From Edaphobacter aggregans (GTDB taxonomy: Bacteria; Acidobacteriota; Terriglobia; Terriglobales; Acidobacteriaceae): 32,000 nucleotides of DNA. Each line of letters starts with the position of its first letter. The first letter of the stretch is position 1. Position numbers and translations under genes: made by a program. Location: assembly GCF_003945235.1 (NCBI RefSeq), contig NZ_RSDW01000001.1, forward strand, positions 2,670,001 through 2,702,000, written 5' to 3'. Below are positions 24,178 through 32,000 of this stretch, piece after piece. The notes below the pieces were generated by a model. It was not told the DNA's origin. It saw nothing but the letters and a program-made list of their open reading frames with translations, and did no database searches.

Positions 24178-25146
24178 ATGAAAGCCATCGTTTATCACGA
24201 CTATGGTTCACCCGACGTTCTTCAACTCGAAGAGATTGAAAAATCAACCCCCGGCGACAAGGAAGTCCTGATAAAAGTCCGCGCGGCCTCCGTGAATCCG
24301 CTTGACTGGCACTTCATAAGAGGCACGCCGTACATCGTCCGCATCGTGATGACCGGCCTGCGCAAACCAAAAAACACACGCTTAGGCGTTGACGTAGCCG
24401 GCCAGGTCGAAGCGGTCGGCAGCGCCATAACCCAATTCAAACCAGGCGACGAAGTCTTCGGCACATGCCGCGGAGCCTTCGCCGAGTACGTCTGCATCTC
24501 CGAATCAAATCTGGTCATTAAGCCAAACAACGTAACGTTCGAGCAAGCAGCCGCAGTACCCATAGCCGCATTCACCGCATTGCAGGGCCTTCGCGACAAA
24601 GGAAAAATTCAGCCGGGCCAGAAGATCTTAGTCAACGGAGCATCAGGAGGCATCGGCACCTTCGCCGTGCAGATCGCCAAGTCATACGGAGCAGATGTAA
24701 CTGGCGTATGCAGCACAAGAAACATCGACATGGTCCGATCCATCGGCGCAGATCAAGTCATCGACTACACCAAAGAGGACTTCACCAAAAGCAGCCAACG
24801 TTACGACCTGATCTTCGACGCCATCGGCAACCACTCATTATCAGCCCGCAGACGACTCTTAACCCCCAGCGGAATATGCGTCATGGCCGGAGGCCCAAGC
24901 GGCCGCTGGAAGATGGGTCTCGCTAGCGGAATCAAAGCACTAGTCTGGTCCCAGTGCAGCAGCCGAAAACTAACCGGCCTCCTGGCAAAATCAAGCGAAG
25001 AAGACCTGACCATCCTGCACGACCTCATGGCGACCGGAAAGGTAACCCCTGTCATCGACAGACAGTACAGCTTGAGCGAACTCCCTGACGCCATCCGCTA
25101 TCTGGAACAAGGCCACGCCCGCGGAAAAGTAGTCATAACCTTATGA
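24178..25146 (+). CDS. medium-chain dehydrogenase/reductase (quinone oxidoreductase-like, NAD(P)-dependent)
   Basis: MKAIVYHDYGSPDVLQLEE, KPGDEVFG, cofactor loop VNGASGGIGTFAVQIAK, and C-terminal GHARGKVVI. Confidence 0.85.
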   Translation: MKAIVYHDYGSPDVLQLEEIEKSTPGDKEVLIKVRAASVNPLDWHFIRGTPYIVRIVMTGLRKPKNTRLGVDVAGQVEAVGSAITQFKPGDEVFGTCRGAFAEYVCISESNLVIKPNNVTFEQAAAVPIAAFTALQGLRDKGKIQPGQKILVNGASGGIGTFAVQIAKSYGADVTGVCSTRNIDMVRSIGADQVIDYTKEDFTKSSQRYDLIFDAIGNHSLSARRRLLTPSGICVMAGGPSGRWKMGLASGIKALVWSQCSSRKLTGLLAKSSEEDLTILHDLMATGKVTPVIDRQYSLSELPDAIRYLEQGHARGKVVITL

Positions 25147-25229
25147 CCACGCACCAAACAGCTCGTCTCCCCGGGTCTAAAGCGCACTAGCATCTCAGCA
25201 TTTAACTTGACCCACCCGTTTTATTTAGA

Positions 25230-26102
25230 TCAATCGGCCGAAATCGGCCTACCAAACTGGTCATACATCGAATGGCGCACCTCCCGAGCAAGATCTACCG
25301 GCTTTCCCCATATTGATCGTGTTCCTTGGTCCCCAAGTTTCCAGAAGTTTTCTAGCGTTTGTTCAGTCCGAAAGTAATTCCCAATATCAGGATGGAGAAG
25401 AATCTTGGTATAAGCATCACAGGCAAGAAATTGCATCTGTCGCGTTCGCTGCCAACAAACATCATCTCGTTCCGTTTTGGGGTACGACATGACAGCCCTT
25501 TCCCAGCTGTGTAGATGCTCCGCATCACTCCGCATGTCGAATGCCTCTCTCAAAATAGCCTCCGTTGCTGCTCCAGGCGATGCAAAGGTCTGACAGCGGT
25601 GAATGAATTGCTTTCTCGTTTTTCCCGTGTCGGGCAAAATCAGCGCTTCCAACGATCGGACGAATTGATGAAGTCGATTTTGTCCGGTCGCCTTTAGTCC
25701 GTCAAAAAGCACGTCAATCCCGCGGAAAATTCTTTGGAATTCATCCGTCTTCTGCATTGCGTGTAAACCTGATCGCAATTGAAGCGCCTCCTCCAAGCGT
25801 TCTTTCGTCACTGGGGCACGACGGTAGCCCTTGCTTTCGTAGAACATTGCCATTTTGGTCATTTGGCGAATCATCGGCTCGCCTTGCAAATGCGATCCGC
25901 AAAGAAGATCTGGTTCCTTCGAGCCAGATATTTCGACACCTTGATGGAATCGCAAAAACGAGTAGAGCTGAGCTAGACCATTTCGTAAATGAATGTGCTC
26001 TTCATCTAAGACAGCCGGATTATTCGATTCGCGATCCACTAAAGGACCAAATTGGCTCGTTTTAGAGAATCGGCGCGATGAGAGCCTACCCACACTTCCC
26101 AA
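25230..26102 (-). CDS. hypothetical protein with HEPN-like R-x4-H motif (candidate HEPN-domain RNase)
   Basis: 290-codon ORF in roughly 40-50% GC DNA. It contains FVRSLEALIL followed by LREAFDMRSDAEHLHSW (R191-x4-H196, nt 25515-25532), which resembles the helix-1 acidic residue plus R-x4-6-H of HEPN families. The likely real start is GTG 26093, with AAGGAG (26108-26103) 9 nt upstream. Confidence 0.45.
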   Translation of the reverse strand: MGSVGRLSSRRFSKTSQFGPLVDRESNNPAVLDEEHIHLRNGLAQLYSFLRFHQGVEISGSKEPDLLCGSHLQGEPMIRQMTKMAMFYESKGYRRAPVTKERLEEALQLRSGLHAMQKTDEFQRIFRGIDVLFDGLKATGQNRLHQFVRSLEALILPDTGKTRKQFIHRCQTFASPGAATEAILREAFDMRSDAEHLHSWERAVMSYPKTERDDVCWQRTRQMQFLACDAYTKILLHPDIGNYFRTEQTLENFWKLGDQGTRSIWGKPVDLAREVRHSMYDQFGRPISAD

Positions 26103-26245
26103 CTCCTTAGATCAGTAACCGTGGGTATGCCAGGTATCAACCACGTACCGTCGGAAAGCTGGCTCTCTGTTTCAAGGTCTTCCGAATAGATTCCATCGAA
26201 AGCTAATAACGCAAACTTGCTATCAGGTCTAAAGGAAAAAGGCAC
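26039..26245 (-). CDS. small hypothetical ORF (68 aa) overlapping the HEPN-like gene out of frame
   Basis: GTG start with GGAGAG (26256-26251) 5 nt upstream. The frame is open for 100 codons (26338-26039) in AT-shifted DNA. It overlaps the downstream gene by 55 nt. It could instead be the detached N-terminus of a frameshifted single gene. Confidence 0.35.
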   Translation of the reverse strand: MPFSFRPDSKFALLAFDGIYSEDLETESQLSDGTWLIPGIPTVTDLRSWEVWVGSHRADSLKRANLVL

Positions 26246-26340
26246 TTTTGCTCTCCATGACAGGTGAAAAAGGTCGAGAGACTTCTCACTACTGGCGATA
26301 AGACAGTAGTGCCCCGCCCAAAATGCTACGCTGAAAGCCT

Positions 26341-27609
26341 ATGAAGGTTTTAGTCATCGGCGGCGGCGGCCGCGAGCACGCACTCGTCTGGTCTCTCCGC
26401 AAATCCCCCGCAGTCACTGAAGTCATCGCCGCTCCCGGCAATGGCGGCATCGCCCAGATCGCCCGCTGCATCCCCGTCGACGTCAACAATCTCCACGCCC
26501 TCATCGACATCGTCGCCGTCGAAAACCCTGCCCTCACCGTCATCGGCCCCGAAGTCCCCCTCGCCCTCGGCATCGTCGACGAGCTTCAGTCCCGCGGCCA
26601 CCGAGTCTTCGGCCCCGCCCGGGCCGCCGCCCGCCTCGAGTCCAGCAAAGCCTTCGCCAAGGACTTCATGCGCCGCCACGACATCCCCACCGCCGCCTAC
26701 GCCCTCTGCACCTCCCTCGACGAAGTCCGCGAGCAGCTCCCCCGCTTTGCCACACCCGTAGTCGTAAAAGCCTCCGGCCTCGCCGCCGGCAAAGGCGTCG
26801 TCATCTGCGACACCCACGCCGAAGCCCTCTCCACCGCCGCCGAAATCTTCTCCGGCACCCTCCTCGGCACCGCCGACACCGAAATCGTCCTCGAAGAGTT
26901 CCTCACCGGCGAAGAGCTCTCCTTCTTCGCCCTCTGCGACGGCACCCACGCCATCCCCATCGCAGCCGCCCAGGACCACAAGCGCGTCGGCGAAGGCGAC
27001 ACCGGCCCCAACACCGGCGGCATGGGCGCCTACTCCACCGACTCTCTCGCCTCCCCTGAACTCACCCGCTGGATCATCGACAACGTTGCTCAGAAGGTCG
27101 TCGACGGCATGGCACAGGAAGGCAACCCCTTCCGCGGAATCCTCTTCATCGGCCTCATGATGACCCCCCGCGGCCCCATGGTCCTCGAGTTCAACACCCG
27201 CTTCGGCGACCCCGAGACCCAGGCCATCCTCCTCCGCCTCGAAACCGACATCCTCGACCTCTTCAACGCCTCCATCGACGGCACCGCCGACCGCCTCCAA
27301 ATCAAAATGCTCCCCGGAGCCAGCGCCTGCGTCATCGCCGCCAGCGGAGGCTACCCCGGCAAATACCAATCCGGCCTCCCCATTGAAGGCCTCACCGCCC
27401 CCACCGACCCCTCGGTCGTCGTCTTCCACTCCGGCACAGCCCTCAAAGATGGCCACTTGCTAACCGCAGGAGGCCGCGTTCTAACCATCACCGCCCACGC
27501 AGATAACCTGCGAAATTCACTGGAAAAGGCCTACAACCAGCTCCAAAAAATCTCTTTTGAAAACATGCAATACCGCCGCGACATAGGCCACCGAGCTCTC
27601 CGCAACTAA
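26341..27609 (+). CDS. purD: phosphoribosylamine--glycine ligase
   Basis: MKVLVIGGGGREHAL hallmark N-terminus, ATP-grasp region, 422 aa. Confidence 0.95.
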   Translation: MKVLVIGGGGREHALVWSLRKSPAVTEVIAAPGNGGIAQIARCIPVDVNNLHALIDIVAVENPALTVIGPEVPLALGIVDELQSRGHRVFGPARAAARLESSKAFAKDFMRRHDIPTAAYALCTSLDEVREQLPRFATPVVVKASGLAAGKGVVICDTHAEALSTAAEIFSGTLLGTADTEIVLEEFLTGEELSFFALCDGTHAIPIAAAQDHKRVGEGDTGPNTGGMGAYSTDSLASPELTRWIIDNVAQKVVDGMAQEGNPFRGILFIGLMMTPRGPMVLEFNTRFGDPETQAILLRLETDILDLFNASIDGTADRLQIKMLPGASACVIAASGGYPGKYQSGLPIEGLTAPTDPSVVVFHSGTALKDGHLLTAGGRVLTITAHADNLRNSLEKAYNQLQKISFENMQYRRDIGHRALRN

Positions 27610-27624
27610 CTGAAAAGGAGCCAC

Positions 27625-28119
27625 ATGAGCGAACCCGTCCTCACTGCCCTGGAAGCCCTGAAATGGTTTGAAAACGCCTCCGACAACTGGCGCAAATTCC
27701 TAACCACCAACCCCGAAATCCTCTCTATTTCCTGTGACATAGCCGGCGCCGTCACCGTAGCCCAGCTTCTTCAGCACATCGTCGCCGTCGAACTTCGCTG
27801 GTCTGAGCGCATAGCCCGCCTCCCCGAAACCAACTACGAACAAATCCCCTTCGGCTCTGTAGACGCCATTTACGCCACCCACGATCGCGCCGTAGACATC
27901 TTCCATAAGTCCCTCGCCGCCGACCTCGACTGGGACCAGACCATCGACTTCGTCACCCGTACCTACGGCCCCGCCAGCGCCTCCCGCAAAACAATCTTCT
28001 TCCACGCCATGTTTCACAGCACGCGACACTATGCCCAGTTAGGCACTCTCATCCGTCAGCACGGTTACAAAGCAGACTGGGTCGCCGACTACCTCTTCAT
28101 GGGCATCACGCTCCCTTGA
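27625..28119 (+). CDS. DinB-family (DinB_2-like) four-helix-bundle protein
   Basis: AQLLQHIVAVELRW and FFHAMFHSTRHYAQLGTLIR provide a DinB-type His triad pattern. The start is 15 nt after the purD stop. Confidence 0.7.
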   Translation: MSEPVLTALEALKWFENASDNWRKFLTTNPEILSISCDIAGAVTVAQLLQHIVAVELRWSERIARLPETNYEQIPFGSVDAIYATHDRAVDIFHKSLAADLDWDQTIDFVTRTYGPASASRKTIFFHAMFHSTRHYAQLGTLIRQHGYKADWVADYLFMGITLP

Positions 28120-28176
28120 GGTTTTTTCGGTAGACGTCTTGATTATTTCGCGCCATCAATGGATGGATGCAGTCGA

Positions 28177-29676
28177 CTACCGAGAAGCCACGGCAGGCAG
28201 AATCTCCGCCACGTCAACCCACTGCGTCGGATACTCGCCCGTGTAACACGCCGTGCAGAAGCTACCAGGCGAAAGCCCGTCGGCAGACTCTCCCGTCGTG
28301 CAGGCATGCGTCAGTCCCACCAGCGACAGGTACGCCAGCGAGTCCGCCTCAATATACTGGCGAATCTCTTCAACCGAATGGTTCGCAGCAATCAGGTCCT
28401 TCTTGCTCGGAGTATCTACGCCATAAAAACAAGGCGAGATCGTCGGAGGACAGGAGATGCGCATATGCACCTCCTTCGCCCCGGCAGCCCGTACCATCCG
28501 CACAATCTTCCGCGAAGTCGTCCCGCGAATGATCGAGTCGTCGATGAGAACCACCCGCTTGCCCTCAAGCAAACTGCGAACCGGATTCAGCTTCATCCTT
28601 ACGCCAAAGTCGCGAACCCGCTGCTCCGGCTGGATAAACGTCCGGCCCACGTAGTGGTTTCTGATCAGCCCAAAATTAAACGGAATCCCCGACTCCGCCG
28701 CATAACCCAGCGCCGCCGTCACACCCGAATCCGGCACCGGCACAATCAAATCCGCCGGCACTCCCGACTCACGCGCCAGCTGTCGTCCCATCTGCTCGCG
28801 GCTCTGCTGCACCCATCGGCCATAGATCTTCGAATCAGGCCGCGCAAAATAAACATGCTCGAAGATGCAGCTGGCCTGCTGCGTCGTTGTATTAAAGTAC
28901 CGCGAAGTAACGCCATCTTCGGAGACCATCACCAACTCGCCCGGCTTCACATCGCGCTCATACTTCGCATGCAGCAGGTCAAACGCGCACGTCTCGCTGG
29001 CAAACACAAAAGTATCCGGAGCACCATCAACACCCGGAATTCTTCCCATCGACAACGGCCGAAATCCATGCGGATCGCGAGCCGCAAAGATGCGGTTCCG
29101 CGTCATCATCACAATCGAAAACGCACCCTCTACCTGAGACAGCGATTCGGCAATGCAATCTACCAGCGTCGTCTTCTTCGAGTGAGCAATCAACTGAATG
29201 ATGATCTCCGAGTCACTCGTCGTCTGAAACAGCGCACCATCGCGCTCCAGCCGCTCTCGCGCCGTTCCCAGATTCACCAGGTTGCCGTTATGCGCAATCG
29301 CAATCAAACCCTTCGTGCTATCAACCGAGATCGGCTGCGCATTCAGCAACGCCGAATCACCGGTAGTCGAGTAGCGCGTATGACCAATCGCCATATAGCC
29401 CGGAAGCTTCGCCAGCACATCATCGGTAAAGATCTCCGACACCAGACCCATTCCCTTGATGTCGTTCACCTCCGTGCCGTCCGCCGAAGCAATGCCAGCA
29501 GACTCCTGCCCGCGATGCTGCAGCGAATACAAACCCCAATACGTCAACCGCGCAGCATCCGAGTGGTTATAGACAGCCATCACACCGCACTCTTCGCGCA
29601 GCTTGTCGAACGGAGTCGCGTCGTCCTCGTCCATCTCGTCCACCGGATTGTTCTGGAGAGCCAGCAGCTTATCCAT
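28177..29676 (-). CDS. purF: amidophosphoribosyltransferase
   Basis: Propeptide followed by catalytic CGVMAVY, PRPP loop VVLIDDSIIRGTTS, and C-terminal Cys cluster (CFYG...CTACYTGEYP). Confidence 0.95.
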   Translation of the reverse strand: MDKLLALQNNPVDEMDEDDATPFDKLREECGVMAVYNHSDAARLTYWGLYSLQHRGQESAGIASADGTEVNDIKGMGLVSEIFTDDVLAKLPGYMAIGHTRYSTTGDSALLNAQPISVDSTKGLIAIAHNGNLVNLGTARERLERDGALFQTTSDSEIIIQLIAHSKKTTLVDCIAESLSQVEGAFSIVMMTRNRIFAARDPHGFRPLSMGRIPGVDGAPDTFVFASETCAFDLLHAKYERDVKPGELVMVSEDGVTSRYFNTTTQQASCIFEHVYFARPDSKIYGRWVQQSREQMGRQLARESGVPADLIVPVPDSGVTAALGYAAESGIPFNFGLIRNHYVGRTFIQPEQRVRDFGVRMKLNPVRSLLEGKRVVLIDDSIIRGTTSRKIVRMVRAAGAKEVHMRISCPPTISPCFYGVDTPSKKDLIAANHSVEEIRQYIEADSLAYLSLVGLTHACTTGESADGLSPGSFCTACYTGEYPTQWVDVAEILPAVASR

Positions 29677-32000
29677 TACGCCGTCACCACCTCATCCGCG
29701 AGTTGCGCTTCCATCGCCTCCGCCCACACCGACTTCAACGCCTTCACTGGCTCGTCGATCACAGCTTTATCGTTGATCAAAATCTCGAAGTTCCCATTCG
29801 TCACATCGCCCAAACGGAACGACCAAACTGCAGGATGCGCCTTCAACACCGCCTGAATCTCCTCAATCTTCGCCGGATCAGCAGAAGCGATCACCGAAGA
29901 CCCGATCTCGCTAAACAATCGTTCCGTCACCGCGAACGAATCATCTGAACCAAGCTGCATCGAGATGCGCACACCCAGCTCACGCGGGAAGCAAGCCTTC
30001 GCAAACGCAACCGCACAACCACCATCTGACAAATCGCCAGCAGAAGCCAGCAGCCCCTTCTCCGCCAGCGCAACCAAAGCCTTATGCAGCGCCGCCTCTT
30101 CCTGCAAATCCAGCACCGGAGGCGCGCCCCACAACTCGCCCAGAACGCTCTTCGCAAAATCCGTCGAACCCATATCCTGCTCCGCCTTCCGCCCAACTCC
30201 ACGGAAAGCAGAAAGGAACAGAACAGCATCCCCAGCCTTGCGGAAGCTCGCCGGAACGCTCTTCGTTACATCGTCGATAATGCCAACGATCCCCAGCACT
30301 GGAGTCGGATAAATCCCAACACCCTTCGTCTCGTTGTACAGCGAGACATTCCCACCCGTAACTGGAGTCCCCAGCGCCACACAAGCCTCAGCGATCCCAT
30401 CAATCGCGTTCGACAGCTGAGCCATAATCTCCGGCTTCTCTGGATTCCCGAAGTTCAAACAGTTCGTCGCCGCCACCGGAGTCGCACCCGTACAAGCCAC
30501 CTTACGCGCAGCCTCTGCAACAGCATGCATCGCCCCTAGCTTCGGATCGAGATACGTCCACCGCCCATTGCCTGCCAAGGCCATCGCAATCCCACGATCT
30601 CCCTTTGCGGGCCGTTCCGCGTGAAGCGCAGCTACTCCCTCCGGAGTCGACGCCGCAACAAGCTCCGCGACGCCTTGCTTCGTCGCAACAACAGGAGCTC
30701 CACCCGTACCCTTGATCCGCATCACGCCAGCCTCACCGCCAGGCCCTTGAACCGTATTCGTCTGCACCATCGAGTCATACTGCTCATACACCCAGTGCTT
30801 CGACGAGATGTTCGCACTAGCCAACAGCGTCTTCAAATCGCCCGCATAATCTCGCGGCTGCTTCAGCAACTCAACCACATGCGCAGGCGGATCGACCGGC
30901 ACCGGAGCCTTCCAATCGCCAACAGGCCGGTGATACACCGGAGCATCATCAGTCAGACTCTGATTCGGAATATCCGCAACGAGCACACCGCGCTGCGTGA
31001 TCCTCATCCTCGGCTCGGCAGTCACCTCACCCACAATCGAAGCATCCAGCCCCCACTTCGAGAAGACATCCAACACCTCGACAGCGCGGTCCTTGTCAGC
31101 CACCAGAAGCATCCGCTCCTGCGACTCCGACAGCATAATCTCGTAGCTCGTCATGCCCGTCTCGCGCTGCGGCACGCGATCCAACTCCACCGTCAACCCA
31201 AGGCCGCCACGAGCGCCCATCTCACACGTCGAGCACGTCAGCCCAGCTGCGCCCATATCCTGAATCCCCAGCACAGCCCCAGTCGCCATCGCCTCAAGGC
31301 AAGCCTCAAGCAGCAGCTTCTCCATAAACGGATCGCCCATCTGCACATTCGGCCGCTTCTGCTCTGAACCTTCGGTGAACTCCTCCGACGCCATCGTAGC
31401 GCCGTGAATTCCATCACGCCCAGTCTTCGCGCCAACGTAGATCACCGGATTCCCAACCCCAACAGCCTTGGCATAGAAGATCTCATCGATCTTCACCAAA
31501 CCCAGCGCAAACGCATTCAGCAGCGGATTCCCCGAGTAGCAGGTCTCGAACCGCGTCTCGCCACCGAGATTCGGTACGCCGAAGCAGTTGCCATACCCAG
31601 CGACTCCATGCACCACGCCAGTCGCAATCTGGTGATTCTTGCGCCGAAGCGCTTCATCCGGTTCGGCTTCATCCAGCGGGCCAAAGCGCAGCGAATCCAT
31701 GACAGCAAACGGACGAGCATTCATCGTAAAAATGTCGCGCAGAATCCCGCCTACGCCCGTCGCCGCGCCTTGATACGGCTCAATGTAACTCGGATGGTTG
31801 TGCGACTCGATCTTGAACGCGCACGCCCAGCCATCGCCCACGTCGATAATGCCCGCGTTCTCGCCCGGTCCCTGCACCACACGGTCGGACTTGGTCGGCA
31901 GACGCTTCAGATGCACACGCGACGACTTGTAAGAGCAATGCTCCGACCACATGACAGAGAAGATGCCCAGCTCCGTCAGCGATGGCACGCGTCCTAACGC
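29676..32000 (-). CDS. purL: phosphoribosylformylglycinamidine synthase subunit PurL (N-terminus outside window)
   Basis: [16 protein letters not shown] hallmark. The track ORF begins at an internal GTG (31988), but the frame stays open to nt 32000 (ALGR precedes VPSLTELG). The TAA stop overlaps the purF ATG by 1 nt (TAATG, 29678-29674). Confidence 0.95.
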   Translation of the reverse strand, partial: ALGRVPSLTELGIFSVMWSEHCSYKSSRVHLKRLPTKSDRVVQGPGENAGIIDVGDGWACAFKIESHNHPSYIEPYQGAATGVGGILRDIFTMNARPFAVMDSLRFGPLDEAEPDEALRRKNHQIATGVVHGVAGYGNCFGVPNLGGETRFETCYSGNPLLNAFALGLVKIDEIFYAKAVGVGNPVIYVGAKTGRDGIHGATMASEEFTEGSEQKRPNVQMGDPFMEKLLLEACLEAMATGAVLGIQDMGAAGLTCSTCEMGARGGLGLTVELDRVPQRETGMTSYEIMLSESQERMLLVADKDRAVEVLDVFSKWGLDASIVGEVTAEPRMRITQRGVLVADIPNQSLTDDAPVYHRPVGDWKAPVPVDPPAHVVELLKQPRDYAGDLKTLLASANISSKHWVYEQYDSMVQTNTVQGPGGEAGVMRIKGTGGAPVVATKQGVAELVAASTPEGVAALHAERPAKGDRGIAMALAGNGRWTYLDPKLGAMHAVAEAARKVACTGATPVAATNCLNFGNPEKPEIMAQLSNAIDGIAEACVALGTPVTGGNVSLYNETKGVGIYPTPVLGIVGIIDDVTKSVPASFRKAGDAVLFLSAFRGVGRKAEQDMGSTDFAKSVLGELWGAPPVLDLQEEAALHKALVALAEKGLLASAGDLSDGGCAVAFAKACFPRELGVRISMQLGSDDSFAVTERLFSEIGSSVIASADPAKIEEIQAVLKAHPAVWSFRLGDVTNGNFEILINDKAVIDEPVKALKSVWAEAMEAQLADEVVTA

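Noticed and set aside
26260-26330. Possible ZTP (pfl) riboswitch upstream of purD. The fragments AGGUCG, ACUGGCG and CCGCC occur in the right order.
   Set aside because: GGUCG and ACUGGCG are 14 nt apart instead of about 2. There is no P2 hairpin with the GGGA/ACC elements. The 3' element reads CCGCCCAAAA, not CCGCCUGGGC. A covariance-model scan with the Rfam ZTP model would settle it, and I expect no hit.
4766-29856. Many very long ORFs antisense to or out of frame with the called genes. Examples: 4766-5893(+), 5985-7142(+), 8583-9485(+), 10014-10694(-), 13227-14291(+), 14574-15428(+), 16246-16827(+), 16865-17641(-), 17851-19470(+), 26350-27456(-), 28159-29856(+), 30621-31367(+), 31404-31997(+) and 2589-3746(+).
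   Set aside because: Their translations are dominated by R/P/G/A/H runs with no protein-like patterning. Each lies opposite to, or out of frame with, a gene that has unmistakable family motifs. They are the usual stop-depleted shadow frames of high-GC DNA.
1-32000. Search for CRISPR arrays, tRNA/rRNA/tmRNA/RNase P/SRP RNA hallmarks, IS terminal inverted repeats, and integrase or transposase genes.
   Set aside because: I saw none on reading the intergenic regions and the ORF translations. This was a manual inspection, so tRNAscan/Infernal/ISfinder-type scans are still needed to confirm their absence.

Overview
This is a chromosomal segment from a high-GC Gram-negative bacterium, most likely an acidobacterium (Terriglobia-like). 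Supporting this are an ADOP-type duplicated orphan permease and many long GC-driven shadow ORFs. I recognised no rRNA, tRNA, CRISPR array, transposase or integrase. Left to right the window holds: a partial CHAD-domain protein, an unknown 301-aa protein, a small secreted CxxCH cytochrome and a secreted LAS/M15-like protein. Next comes a minus-strand envelope operon (lptD, a thioredoxin-fold protein, a SurA-like PPIase, a Gfo/Idh/MocA oxidoreductase), then an RDD protein, bamA and a PLP threonine/serine dehydratase. These are followed by divergent mntH and a DtxR-family mntR, a GT-C (ArnT/PMT-like) glycosyltransferase and an ArsR-SRPBCC fusion regulator. An AT-shifted variable stretch (about 20.1-26.3 kb) then holds two unrecognisable genes, the ADOP permease, an MDR oxidoreductase and a two-ORF cassette whose larger product carries a HEPN-like R-x4-H motif. 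The window ends with purD, a DinB-family gene, purF and partial purL. The best candidates for something undescribed are the HEPN-like cassette (25230-26245) and the convergent orphan gene pair beside an operator-bearing ArsR-SRPBCC promoter (20097-21524). All functional calls rest on motifs read by eye from the supplied translations and my own reading of the DNA. I could not run homology searches, RNA covariance searches or structure prediction, so the novel-system proposals are hypotheses, not results.
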